A stretch of DNA of 63,487 nucleotides, counting the filler, from Octopus bimaculoides (lineage: Eukaryota), in assembly GCF_001194135.2 (NCBI RefSeq). It is 5 parts of 4 records of this genome, joined end to end, with 100 filler letters (N's around TTAATTAATTAA, not from the genome) between each part and the next. Parts side by side here need not be neighbours in the genome. Positions count along the whole stretch, not along the records: positions 32,662 to 61,137 come from NC_068982.1; positions 61,238 to 63,487 come from NC_068998.1; 3 more parts are not named here. One strand, written 5' to 3'. Every line of letters starts with the position of its first letter. Positions within the stretch are counted from its first letter, which is position 1. The translations under genes were made by a program, and so were the position numbers. Below are positions 50,955 to 63,487 of the stretch, in pieces. Below the pieces are notes generated by a model, which made no database searches, had not been told where the DNA came from, and was given only the letters and a program-made list of their open reading frames with translations.

Positions 50955-51595
50955 AGCGGTGGCGTTGTTGAGAAATGACCCGAAAAAGGGGGATTGTATT
51001 GACAACTTAGGCGCATAACTCTGCTGAATGCAGAGTTCAAAATCTTGGCCAAGGTGTTAGCTACGAGGTTAGCGTTTGCCGTCTGGTAGGGGAGGCACAG
51101 ACATGTGCCATCCCGAAAACCTCTACCTCATGCAATACATCATTGAAAAATTAGCTAAAGAACTTCGCACGGATGGGACCCTGATCAATTTAGATTAGTC
51201 TAGCGCTTTCGATAGAATCGACCATCTATACCTGGAGGTGGTTGTCAAGGCAGTTAGTTTCGGGCCTGTATTCAGGGACTGGATCGCTGCAATGCACAGC
51301 GATATCTATTCAATGGTCAACGTAAGCGGTCACCTCTCAGAGCCGTTCAACATCATGCGCTCGGTCCGGAAAGGGTGTCTCCACTTGTCTCGCTTGTATG
51401 TACTGACTCTGGAGCTACTACTACACAAACTGGAGGCGTTGCAAGGCATCTGCGTGACCTAGAATGTTGGAAATGCGTGTCGGCATAAGCCGACGACATC
51501 ACTGTAGTGGTGTCGGATCATAAACACATAGAAATGATCGGCACCGCTCTCAGAGACTATGAGGCAGTTTCAGGAGCAACGATTAACCAATAAAA
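50955..51595 (+). mobile_element. Tx1/L1-clade RT fragment
   Basis: ITLLNAEFKILAKVLATRL and SAFDRIDHLYL. DNA homology to 8830-8990 (ctggatcgctgcaatgc...ttcaatggtcaa). Confidence 0.82.
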
Positions 51596-51956
51596 ATCAA
51601 TTGGCTAGTAGTAACATTCAACTGCCATTTTGATGTGACAACTCATTAACAGTTTAGTATACGTTACTACTCTATCTCTTCTTGAGATTTTATAACAAGC
51701 TACCTTGCTTAATGATATATAATATATTCCATTATTGTAACAATGAAGTAAAGTAAATGCAACAATGTGTTCTATTTGCTACGAAGACTTCACCGATGTA
51801 ATCTTTGTATAACAAATGAATACTATTGTATAACAAATGAATACTATAAGTGGTTCTTTAAGCAATACTTTTGTTATCCTGTACCATAAGTCATTAAAGG
51901 AAAGTACTCTATCGGCACAATGGAAAGACATGTGAATTGCTGAAATGTGCAAGACT

Positions 51957-52350
51957 CTTTTATCTTTTACTTGTTTCAATCATTTGACTGCGGCCATGCT
52001 GGGGCACGCCTTGAAGGATTTTAGTCGAACAAATCGACCCCAAGACTTATTTTCATTTTTTTTTAAATTTTAAACCTGGTATTTATTCTATCTGTCTCTT
52101 TGCCTAAACCGGGGCACGTGAACACACCAACACCAGCTGTCAAGCGGTAGAGGGGGATAAATACATACACAAAGATACATACTCATTCACACACACAGAC
52201 GAACTTCTTTCAGTTTCTGTCTCTCGAATCCACTCACAAGGCTTTGGTCGGCCCGAGGCTATAGTAGAAGACAATTGCCCAAGGGGCCACACAATGGGAT
52301 TGAACTCGGATTCATGCGGTTGAGAAGCAAGCTTCTTACCACCCAGCCAT
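51957..52350 (-). mobile_element. SINE family B, near full length, in the TSSK intron
   Basis: Same modules as 27545-27900. Confidence 0.85.
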
Positions 52351-52505
52351 GTTGTTTATAATCTTATTTTACAAATTTATCCTTTTTCATTGCATAATTC
52401 CCTTTTCGATATTGCTTTAAATTGACAAGCTTCTAAGTTCTTTAAAAATACGAAAATTCCTGTATAACCAGCTACTCTTCTAAGCATTTTATTCTCTGTT
52501 TCCAG

Positions 52506-52807
52506 GAAGTGGTAGTTATTCGAAAGTCAAATTGGCTCAAAACTCTAACAAAACTTCTTTAAAAGTGGCAGTGAAAATTGTCAACCTTTCAAAAGCACCA
52601 GGCGATTTCCTGAAACGGTTTCTACCTCGTGAATTAGAAATATGGCCGAAAATCGAACACCAGAACATAATCAGATTCTTTGATAGCTTTGAAGATTCCG
52701 GATATGTTTATATGATTCTTGAATATGCTAGCAATGGAGATATGTTGACATACATCCAAAAGTATGGACCGATTCCTGAAATACAGAGTCGAGGAATAGC
52801 CAACCAG
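52506..52807 (+). CDS. TSSK: TSSK-family (testis-specific Ser/Thr kinase) coding exon, subdomains I-V
   Basis: Bounded by ctgtttccAG and cag|GTattg. Encodes (G)SGSYSKVK..VAVKIV..KAPGDFLKRFLPRELEIW..HQNIIRF..VYMILEYASNGDML, including the TSSK signature APxDFLxxFLPRE. HRD/DFG exons not found in the window. Paralog number cannot be assigned. Confidence 0.88.
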
Positions 52808-53172
52808 GTATTGTAGGCAGATTAGTATTCCGACATGTCGCAAGCTGGTGCGAATGCCCATTCATGCACACATCGAAACACACACAAACGCATATATACT
52901 AATAGAAACACACACATTTACAGATACATACATCCACTAAAATAGATACACATATTACGTACAGACATATACTACATAAATGTATACATGCCTACGCGGA
53001 CACACAGGGGTACAAATACTCATACATATACACATGCGCATGCGCGTAAACGCACAATATGTATACGTACGTATGTATATATATGTATGTATATGTATGT
53101 ATTTTTCATACATATATACATGCACACTCACTCACACACACACGCACTCACTCTCTCACACACACACACACA

Positions 53173-53229
<57 letters not shown>

Positions 53230-54049
53230 ATAAACCATTTAGTACTAACTGCTGGAAAAACAGAATATTCAGTACCATAGAAGATATTCATAATACTTTT
53301 TATTTTGGTCGAGTCAGTTCTTGCTAGTTTTTCACTTGTAGGTTGTAGGTGTACAAGATCTGCAGGCAAATTATGACTGAAAGTTGATAGAGTGACTCAA
53401 AAACTTTGTATTAGCGTGCAAACCCTATCAGTTTCCAACCATAACTTGCCTGAAGTTCCTGAACATCTATATATATTCTTTTATTATTCTATACGTTGCA
53501 GCCATGCTGGAGCACCACCAGAGTAAGAACCTTTTCAATGGCCATTCTTATGTGACTGGCTTTTGGTGAAGGAGGGAATTTCGACACTGCTTACCGCTTT
53601 TGAGTTTCCTGCCTTAATATAGGTTCAGCCCCTCCAGGAACGTCCATACGTATATCCCTACATACCTCTCTCGTCTTCGCTCCAGGTAGTAGAGACATAG
53701 CTCTTTCAGTCTCTCTCAGTTCTGTTGATACAATCTTTCTGGCGTTACACTGCTGAACTGCCTCAAGTTCTGCAATTAATTTGACACTGTAGGGCGACTA
53801 CAGTTGAAAGCAGTAGTCCAGACAGCTGAAAACAAATATCTTCCATAGAATATCTTCAAATATCTCCTATAGTAAACAAAAATCTCCTATAGTAAACAAA
53901 TATCTTCCATAGTATAGTTTCCTTGTTTTGAAGGTTCTCAGAATTCCTGTTCTGAAGGTTCTCAGAATTCATCCGGCCATGCGCTTACACTTGCCACCAT
54001 CTTGATGATATGTGCGTAAAATGGGGCATCGTTGCTCATATCAATCCCT

Positions 54050-56150
54050 ACATCACACACTGTACGTAACTCTGTGATTGCCGCTCTTTTTTGGTCCAAA
54101 GTATCGTTGTTGCAGCTTGTGAGTCACGATTAGCTGATAGCGGAGGACTTTTATATTGTGTGGTGACCATTGTTGGGGGCGGTAGTCCAAGCGGCTGAGG
54201 ACGTATGCCCTCCAAAGGACCATCAATGTCTCCTTTTCTCTTGTTTTGAAAGTTCGGAGGATCTGTCCAGCTAGCCGTCTGCATTTTATTATCAAATTGG
54301 TAATATGCACCTGGAAAGATGCATCATTTCTCATATGAATGCCCAGAACACTCACTGATTCAGGGATTGCAATTCCTCCCGGGCCAGGATACACTGCATG
54401 TCGTTCAGCTTTGTGTGCTGGTAGCGCAGGGCTTGGAATTTCCCTGCATTAAACTGCATTTTGTTGTCCAGGATTTTGTACTGTCTGAGAGACTTTTGTA
54501 TCATCTGCATAGTTAGGAACGATGGCTATCTGAGCAGCTGACGGCATGTCTGAGAGGGCCACTATGAATAGCAGTGGCCCTAAGACAGTGCTCTGTAGAA
54601 CACCGCTCATTATTTTTGTTTCCTTTGAGGTGGCTCCATTGGCCACCACTGCCTGACGTCTATCTTTTAGAAAGTCGTGCAGCCACTCTCCGAGTTTTCC
54701 GATTATGCCGAGATCACGCAGTTTGTGACATAAATTATGGTCGACTTTATCAAAGGCTTTTGGAAAGTCGAGATATATCACCTCCACGCTTGAGTCATTT
54801 AGCAGCTATTTTAACATCGAGTCGTAATACTGCAAGAGCTGTATCAAGCACCTTCTGCCTGGTCGAAATCTATGCTGGGTGTCAGTCATTTTCTTGAAGG
54901 AACGTGATTAGTTTCTTGCGGACTATTCGTTCCTTGACTTTGCTGATGTGTGAGATCAGAGAGATAGGCCTATAAGGCGGCGAGCTGGCAGAAACGTTAG
55001 CGCGCCAGGCGAAATGCTTAGCGGTATTTCGTCTTCTGTTACGTTCTGAGTTCAAATTCCGCCGAGGTCGACTTTACCTTTCATCTTTTCGGGGTCGATA
55101 AATTAAGTACCAGTTACGCACTGGGGTCGATGTAATCAACTTAATTTCTTTGTCTGTCATTGTTTGTCCCCTCTATGTTTAGCCCCTTGTGGGCAATAAG
55201 NNNNNNNNNNTTTACCTTTCATCTTTTCGGGGTCGATAAATTAAGTACCAGTTACGCACTGGGGTCGATGTAATCAACTTAATTTCTTTGTCTGTCATTG
55301 TTTGTCCCCTCTATGTTTAGCCCCTTGTGGGCAATAAGATAGGCCTATAATTTTTTGCAGCTGCTCTGCTTCCTCCCTTATGGATAGGGCATATTATCCC
55401 TTCCTTCAGTTTGTCTGGGAGTTTAGCACTTGTAAGAAAGTTCTAAAAAAGAAGCTGCAGTGGTTTTGAAATGGCTCGTTTGCATAATTTTAGAAGGACC
55501 GCTGGGAATCCATCAGGGCCAGCATCTGAATTTGTGTCAACTTCATCTGTGGCCAGTGTTACATTTTCAATGTTGATTTAATCAATTTTCGCCTTTTTGG
55601 TTACAGGTAAAGTGACAAAGAATTCTACCGCTTTGTTCACTTGCCTGTGTCCCAGAGGTGTAGTGAACACACTTTGGAACTGTTCGTTCTGTATTTCACT
55701 TATCCTCATTGGATTTCCTGTGAGGGAGTCATCTTTTTTGGAAGAAGGGTCTTACCTTGTGGCGTACTGAGGCTGTTTCTTTGGCAAACATAAAGAAAGC
55801 TTTACGGTGCGACTTTACATTTCCTATATCTTTTCTCGGTTTCCAACAGCGCTCTCTCCAAGCGAGACTTCTCACCACTTTTGGGGTGTTTGTTCAGGCG
55901 GTTCGCAGTCTTTGTCCGTCGTCGCATAAGAATCTGCCTTTCTCTCGGGATCCTGTTTTTGTGTATGGCCCTGCGCTCTGGAACAGATTTGTCACATATG
56001 GCTTGCATTACGGACATGAAATGTTTATGTTTCATGTCAATGTCTGTAGTGGAGAGACATTTAGGCCAATCCTGTTTGAGGATCTCTTTTTCAATCAACT
56101 TCCAGTTTGCTTTATGAAAATTCAGTTTGGAGAGGTTTTGGGTGCTTCAT
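54050..56150 (-). mobile_element. CR1/L2-like LINE ORF2 remnant interrupted by a SINE
   Basis: NYRPISL, VIYLDFPKAFDKVDH, SGVLQSTVLGPLLF, YADDTKV and LWRAYVLSRLDY. Confidence 0.85.
54976..55336 (+). mobile_element. SINE family A insertion with 14-bp TSD (tail duplicated across a 10-N gap)
   Basis: TSD agataggcctataa at 54962-54975 and 55337-55350. A box gagctggcagaa, B box gagttcaaattcc. Confidence 0.9.
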
Positions 56151-56565
56151 ATAGGCACGCGCATACACACACATATATAGACACATACGCATACCTTTAA
56201 AAGTGCTTCTTATATAAGAAGAGATTTATGTGTTGAATTCTCATTCTATTACTGGGAGTTCAACGCAACATTAAATAGTTTAGGGTACAGTATTTTAAAG
56301 AAGCGCGTAGGAATTTTGTCGTATTAGTGGTATGAAAATAAAGATATTAAAGTAGCTGAATTAGAAATAAATAATAATGATTGAAGCAATTCATAATTAA
56401 ACGAACATTTCTATATCTAGTAGATGCTAATAAAACATTAAACCGTCTGTGTTGGTTAGGAAATAATTCCCCAACTTCCGTTTGAACGTACTAGCAACTT
56501 AGATTATTAAATAGGAATAATCATAAATCCATATAAATACTTCCGAGCCATTATTGGGGAATATA

Positions 56566-57030
56566 CGAGGTGGTATCACAACGTTCCCGGACTAGTCCTG
56601 TAGCGCCCCAACTGATGGCAGCACAGTAACTGGATCTGTGGAGCGCGAGGAATTGGATTGTTCACGATGACAATGCATCCTGTCACCGAGCTCTCTTCAC
56701 TTGTGAGTTTCCCTCCAAAAACAACATAGTATTGCTTCCGTACCCGCCCTATTCACCTGACCTAGTATCTGCATTTCTTTCCCAAGGTGAAACTGCAGCT
56801 CAAAGTTCGCTGTTTTATCACGTTGTCGAGATCGAAAGCGAATCAGAGAAAGATCTCGACTCACTTACAGAAAACGACTTCCAGGCCGGATTCCAAAAGT
56901 AGCAAGAACGCTAGCTCTGATATATTGCTGTGCAAGGTGGCTATTTCAAAGGCGATTATGTTAAAACTTAGGTAAATAAGTTGTATTTTATTAAATATAA
57001 TTAGTCCGAGAACTTTTTGATACCGCCTCC
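56566..57030 (+). mobile_element. Internally deleted mariner (non-autonomous)
   Basis: TA-flanked TIRs cgaggtggtatcacaacgttcccggactagt and (reverse complement) ggaggcggtatcaaaaagttctcggactaat. Retains WIVHDDNASCH and YPPYSPDL. Confidence 0.88.
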
Positions 57031-57192
57031 TATATCATAGATGTTCAGTTTCTGAGTTTTATGTTTCGATCGATCGATCGATCAATCGATAGGTGGATGA
57101 GTGGATGGGTGGATCGATCGATCCATCCATCCATCCATCCTACAATTTACTTGCAAAGCACGTATACACGCACGCACGGACACACACACACA

Positions 57193-57223
<31 letters not shown>

Positions 57224-57385
57224 TCATTCACTCAATCACTCACACACACACATTCATTCACTCACTCACTCAAACACATACATTAACAACAAACACACAC
57301 ACACACACACCTACATATACACGTTCTTTCACGTATTTTCTTGCATATACAGATAAATATTGATTATTAAACATTAAACGAGGGG

Positions 57386-57815
57386 AAGGCGACGTGCTGG
57401 CAGAATGGTTAGCATTTTCGGGCAAAATGTTTTTTTGCGGTATTTCGCTCGTCTTTGCGTTGGGATTCCAAATTCCACCGAGGCCGACTTTACTTTTCAT
57501 CCATTCGGAGTCGATATAATAAGTACCAGCTGAGCACTGGCGTCGATGTAATCGAACTTCCTGACCTTATGCTAAAAATGTGAAACCATTCCTATGGGGT
57601 GAAGAGCGGGCAGAATCGTAAATGCTACGGACACAATGCTTAGCGGCATTTCATTCATCTTTGTGTTCTGGGTTCAAATACTGCCAAGGTCGATTTTTGC
57701 TTTTCATCCTTTCGGAGTCGATAAAAATTGGTACCAGTTGAATACTGGTGTCGATGTAATCGACTTGCCTCCTCACCCGAAATTACTGGCCTTGTGCGAA
57801 AATTTGAGACCAAAT
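57386..57815 (+). mobile_element. Two tandem SINE family A-related copies
   Basis: Both carry a tRNA head, gactttac/gattttgc..tttcatcc..ttcggagtcgat..gtaccag..gtcgatgtaatcga. Confidence 0.8.
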
Positions 57816-58034
57816 GTTAAACGAGATGAGAGAACGTGAAGGTTACACACTAATAAATGGAACGAGATAAAGACGGAAACAGAAGAGCGAAGACTATTTG
57901 GGGAGAGAAAAATAATCCGGAAAGGTTTGGGGAAACATATTAAGTGGAACCAATAAAGATACAATATAAAATCAATAAAGGGCAAAGACAATACTGGAGA
58001 AAGACGTGGTCTATAGAAGAGCACGCAGTAAAAA

Positions 58035-58450
58035 CGTTTTTCGAATGTGCAGCGTATTAATATTCTTGTTTGACGTTAAGATACAAGCTTGGCTGCCGCA
58101 AATGCCTTAAGTTTATGCTCTTTTCTGTTATGCAGAGTTTGCATATCTCGGTAGCCTCCATGTTTGGCTTGGAATTTTCAGCGATCTCACAGCCAATAAC
58201 AAAAGCTATGCCATTTCCTCTTCACTGCCAGATATAGTTTATATAATCGTTGCCGTATTCCGTTTTACGATGTTTCTGAACGATGCAGTATGGTCGTAGA
58301 ATCATCTTTTGAAGTCTCTTTTGGTTAATCCGATATCTCGTTTTAGGTTGATGTTCTGGTTACAATCTGTATATTTAATACCTATCTCATAAATGATGCC
58401 CTCAGTATTACATGCTTCATGAGAAAGGATGCCGTAGGGTTTCTGCCTCA
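58035..58450 (-). mobile_element. Degenerate PLE GIY-YIG endonuclease (Naiad-like)
   Basis: EGIIY...DIGLTKRDFKR*FYDHTASF...YIWQ...CKLCITEK...LNVKQE, with stops and frameshifts. Confidence 0.6.
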
Positions 58451-58759
58451 ATAACTATCCTCAGTAGTTAAGGTAGGTTTGTGAGAGACAATTTGTTTAA
58501 CGTATTCTTTTATTAACACATACCTATGTGTTATTATATAAAAGTTTTGATTATTACATTTATCAAGTCGATCTCCAGTTTAGTGGATCTTTTACTTGTT
58601 GATAAGCTCCATTTTAATTTCGATCGAAAAGACGCCCGGTGAAAGGCAATCCAGTCATGGTTGTTTCTAATGTCATGTATGTAACCGCGCCCTTCAGTAA
58701 GCTCTACCGATCACAGTTCCTTGGCTTCTGTTGTTACGAATGTGTGTGTGTGTGTATGC

Positions 58760-58797
<38 letters not shown>

Positions 58798-60299
58798 NNN
58801 NNNNNNNNNNNNNNNNNNNNNNNNNNNNNNNNNNNNNNNNNNNNNNNNNNNNNNNNNNNNNNNNNNNNNNNNNNNNNNNNNNNNNNNNNNNNNNNNNNNN
58901 NNNNNNNNNNNNNNNNNNNNNNNNNNNNNNNNNNNNNNNNNNNNNNNNNNNNNNNNNNNNNNNNNNNNNNNNNNNNNNNNNNNNNNNNNNNNNNNNNNNN
59001 NNNNNNNNNNNNNNNNNNNNNNNNNNNNNNNNNNNNNNNNNNNNNNNNNNNNNNNNNNNNNNNNNNNNNNNNNNNNNNNNNNNNNNNNNNNNNNNNNNNN
59101 NNNNNNNNNNNNNNNNNNNNNNNNNNNNNNNNNNNNNNNNNNNNNNNNNNNNNNNNNNNNNNNNNNNNNNNNNNNNNNNNNNNNNNNNNNNNNNNNNNNN
59201 NNNNNNNNNNNNNNNNNNNNNNNNNNNNNNNNNNNNNNNNNNNNNNNNNNNNNNNNNNNNNNNNNNNNNNNNNNNNNNNNNNNNNNNNNNNNNNNNNNNN
59301 NNNNNNNNNNNNNNNNNNNNNNNNNNNNNNNNNNNNNNNNNNNNNNNNNNNNNNNNNNNNNNNNNNNNNNNNNNNNNNNNNNNNNNNNNNNNNNNNNNNN
59401 NNNNNNNNNNNNNNNNNNNNNNNNNNNNNNNNNNNNNNNNNNNNNNNNNNNNNNNATATATATATATATATATATATATATACGAACATAACATTATATA
59501 TGTATATATATTTGTATGTATGTTTGTATACGGATGGCAGCTTTCGGACATTATTGAAAACATAATTATATTCTAGTTTTATCATTTCTATATAAGTTTT
59601 TTTTTTCAATATTTTTTATGAGTCCTTACAGTTCTTTTGGACTATTGAAGTTCCTAAATTTGTCATCAATGTTTCTAGACTTTCACGGTCTCGTCTCTAG
59701 CTTGTGAAGTGTTGTTGGCATGGTTACCTCTTCTGTTGCTCGTAAATGTGATTCTGGTAACACGGACTTTACCACCGACATTTGAAACTTGACTTATACA
59801 TTGTCAGTCACAGGCTTATTTTGTTTGTGACATGTGAATGTAATCTGTATGTTTACCTTAGCATTGTACTGTGTTTCCTGAGTAACGTATCCATCATTAA
59901 TCGTACATTTTTGTAGGGAGTTCTTTATATCGCAGATGTGCAGCCATTAATATTTCCCTATTTAGCCTTGTTTTGTATCCTATGGAATAGTGTGTTGCGA
60001 TTGCCCGTTATTGCAAGTGCATTGTAAACCTACGAGAGAGAGTTATACTAACAAGAATATTTAGATTCATTTCCATAGATGAATTACTAGATAAGGAAAT
60101 CTACAGTATAAATGCACTAATAATCAACTAATATTCTTATAGACAGTAGGCAAAACACAGGCGAATACAGATGCAAAAATAACGCAACGATTATATTAAG
60201 CATTACACACATTAATATACAAATCACACAAAACGTTATATATAAATCATAAGCATACGAAGTACAAAATGAACGAAACGCCACCGAATACCTAATTAA

Positions 60300-60760
60300 A
60301 GATGACATAAAGTACATCACACCAAAACATAAGCTAACACTAGTTCTACACCACAAAATTATTAAAATCAAGAACTTCATTATCAACAAAAAAAAGCACA
60401 AGCATGGAAAACCGAGAACAAGCTACAAACCATGTGATTCACATATTCAATTCAAAAAATAAAAGTGATAAGCTTCACGAACTCAAGTTGTTATGTTAAC
60501 CATACAAGTACAACATCCTCCCGGCGGATTGCCATGCACTTACAAGGAATAATTGCAACACAATATACCACACAGCACAAAACAAAGTTAAACAGGAAAA
60601 CATCAGTGGGCAATACATTCATATTATATATAATTCATTGTTAAAGTAAATGATAAATGATAAAGCATCTCTCCTAAATCAGTACATTGTTGAAATAAGT
60701 ACACGGAAAACATACATTGCGAATAAAATAAGCAGGTGACTAATGGCACACAAACCTAAC
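60300..60760 (+). mobile_element. Degenerate PLE GIY-YIG endonuclease of another lineage
   Basis: CYVNHTSTTSSRRIAMHLQG...H..KLNRKT.VGNT resembles the PLE pattern YIGxTTTTLSRRLTMHLQ. Confidence 0.5.
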
Positions 60761-61000
60761 GTGCAATATTAAAATTCTGATGGATAATTCTACAGAAATC
60801 AGTTTTGGCAATTATGAAAGCGCTGATTACATACGCCAGCAATATACATCACATCTTGATGAAAAAACTGAAACTCTAGAAATGTTATTAATGGATTTAA
60901 GAATTTTATTGTTCCAAACACGAAAATTTTAATAAAAAAGATAAAACTAAAACCTAGTTTTGTTTTCAATGCAAACAAACAGACGTACACAGAAACACGC

Positions 61001-61042
<42 letters not shown>

Positions 61043-61439
61043 GCGCACAAATAAACGCACGCACACACACGTTTGTATGCATGTATGTAGGTATGTATGT
61101 ATACATTCATACATATGTATGTATATATATATATATANNNNNNNNNNNNNNNNNNNNNNNNNNNNNNNNNNNNNNNNNNNNTTAATTAATTAANNNNNNN
61201 NNNNNNNNNNNNNNNNNNNNNNNNNNNNNNNNNNNNNATATATACAGATTTCAGCCTAAACTGTATAATTTAAACATAAACACATTGGAAAATTGTAAAC
61301 AACAACCGGTATTTTTTTTAGTCAGTTTCTTTCTCTCTGTGGACACACATAAAAACAAAGGGATCAGCTGGACCGGTTTCAATCCTTTATTGGGATTTCA
61401 TCAATAATACTGTACTTATTTGTAACTTCTACAGTTGTG

Positions 61440-61720
61440 TGTGTGTCAATTTAGTAAATGGAAATTGAAAGAAGCCCAAAGTGTGCGTTTATAATATATA
61501 TATGTGTGTCTGTATGTATGTGTATAACTATGTGTGTGTCTTTGTGTTTGTTCCCTATCAACATTGGTCTACTGTTGTTGATTTGTTTACATCGCTGTAA
61601 CTTAGCGGTTCAGCAAAAGAGCCCGATACAATAAGTACTGGGCTTCAAAAAATAAGTAGTGGCATCAATTCATTCAACTAAAAGCTTCAAGATGGTGCCC
61701 TAAAATGGCCACAGTTCAAT
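61440..61720 (+). mobile_element. SINE family B 3' two-thirds, diverged
   Basis: ggaaattgaaagaagccc...gtaacttagcggttcagcaaaagagcccgatacaataagtactgggctt. Confidence 0.75.
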
Positions 61721-62951
61721 GACGGAAATATATATGATATGACATACGGCTTTTCGTTGTCACTGTTATATCTGAACTGATATAGTATTAAACGTTCCTG
61801 ATGTTCTCTTGTTACTCTCCAACTGTGTATCTTCAACAAACATTCCACGATGTCTCTATTCAATAATTCCTAAATCCTGTATAATATGACTGTACATGTG
61901 ATACTCTTTCTAGACTGTTCTGCGCAAGCACATTTATACTAACTAGTATACTTCACTTAGCCAATCACAGGGGTGTTCAGATTCCCCATTCAACAATATA
62001 TACAAAGTTTCAAAAATTAAATGGAAGTATGAGAATGGAAAATTCACACACAGCACACGGTCATGCTCTTTCCTTGTCAGTTGTCATCCAAAAAATTATT
62101 ACAACTTCATATCTTTAGTCATAAAGTTCATTTTGTTTTTTGTTGTTTTTTTTTTGTTTTTGTGGCGTCAACAGTGAAAAGCTGCTGGGAATGGTGGGCA
62201 AATGTTGAGGGCAGTGACAAAAACAAACATACCGAAAGTAGCAGATGTGAATATGAATGTAAAGGTACAAAAAGAAATATACAAAGTAGGCTGTATGAGA
62301 CTAGACAAGGCACACACGCATGCACGCACACACACACATACACACACGTAAAGAGAGAGAGTAGGCAACTATTGTTAAGGACTTGATTAAATCAGTTGAA
62401 TTAATTTGCATAAGTAACACCTTTTTTTCACATTCCTTGATAGTTAGTTTGATTAATGAATTACTAATTTATTGATAAAACTCAGTAAGGTAATAACTGT
62501 GATTTATGAATTGAATTTAGATCAAATCTGTTGCCCATTTCTGAATTGATATTTCAGCAATGTTTCATTTCGTATATGTGTTCAAGAAAATACATCATGA
62601 ATATTTATAAGAATTTCTTAAATCAGTAATGAATTCCTGGTTGCTTTCGTTGCTGCTGTTTAACCTCAGGTCATCTTTGATTGAGCAGCCCCATGATCAA
62701 AGTCGTTCTGTTCATGACAATTGTGTCTTATTTTCAGACATACATAATCTCAGACTACCTGAAAGAATGACAGGATCAAGTAGGAGATATGATAGGATAT
62801 CTGCTGTCTATGAAATGAATTGTAAAGTGGGCACAAAGATAGTGTAATGTGCCAAGAAACTTTAACTCTTTTGTTATCACATTTCTGTTAAAATATTTGG
62901 TTTTTGTTTTCAATTAATTTCCAAAATGATTAATAACTTTGCCATTATTAA

Positions 62952-63167
62952 CTCTTTGACATTTAAACTGGTCATATCCAGCTCCTAAATTCTACCTGTT
63001 TTATGATTAAACTGGCTAGATCCAGCCTCTCACATACCCTACAATGTCATTCTATAAATAGTCACATTGTCAAAGTCTTGATGATGTGAGATAATACAGG
63101 ATTAATTTTTTAAAAATCATGAATAAATAAGCTTTACATTTAACAGAGTAATCTGAATGTCAAAGGG
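62952..63167. mobile_element. piggyBac-type MITE
   Basis: TTAA|ctctttgacattta at the left end and tgaatgtcaaaggg|TTAA at the right (reverse complement ccctttgacattca). Confidence 0.65.
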
Positions 63168-63447
63168 TTAAGCTGGTGTGTGGAATATAAATTAGGAAAT
63201 TTTCAGGGAAGCTTTTAATTTACATTGTTTTGAAACAATTTGTACCATAGAATCAGGGACAGTCTTGGTCCTTTTGTTTATCAGATGGATTAATTGCAAT
63301 AAAAGCCTATGTGTAATGGGCCACATCACAATTTTCAGGTCCAAATTATTTAAAAAAGCCTTACGATACCATGTATAACAGGCAATGTTGGAGTTCCACT
63401 ATAATCCAGTATAGTGGCTTTAAAATTCCATCTTAAGTAAGCAAACA

Positions 63448-63487
<40 letters not shown>

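Noticed and set aside
58639-58720. GNPVMVVSNVMYVTAPFSKLY resembles a bacterial PQQ dehydrogenase motif
   Set aside because: Only about 20 aa, runs into (GT)n(AT)n, has no other PQQ repeats and lies beside a PLE remnant. Treated as chance.
52808-63487. Downstream TSSK exons (HRDLK, DFG, APE)
   Set aside because: Searched by eye and not found. They may lie in N gaps or beyond the window, so none is reported.

Overview
AT-rich, repeat-dense animal genomic DNA from a gapped draft scaffold. The SINE families, microsatellite load and gap style suggest a coleoid cephalopod such as Octopus; that is an inference, not a database result. Recognisable host genes: three spliced exons of HYDIN (+, 1431-5543) and the first two coding exons of a TSSK-family kinase (+, 44900-52807). 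An intact, intronless 360-aa ORF with no family I recognise lies on the minus strand (37627-38709). I found no further HYDIN exon, so the kinase and the orphan ORF may be nested in one very large HYDIN intron. The rest is mostly transposon debris (Penelope-like, Tx1, CR1, RTE, R4/Dong, mariner, MITEs, two tRNA-SINE families) plus about 11.4 kb of contiguous satellite: a 33/34-bp minisatellite fused to an 8.7-kb CpG-rich (ACGA/ACGT)n array with kb-scale higher-order duplication. The best candidates for something new are (1) a Penelope-like element whose 3' terminal region joins a tRNA-like Pol III head to a minimal hammerhead ribozyme motif and is partly copied in inverted orientation at the 5' end, (2) the orphan ORF, and (3) the nested flagellar/sperm gene arrangement with a near-perfect RFX X-box. 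Most ORFs in the supplied track are artefacts of simple repeats or N runs. Repeat boundaries are approximate unless exact motifs are quoted.
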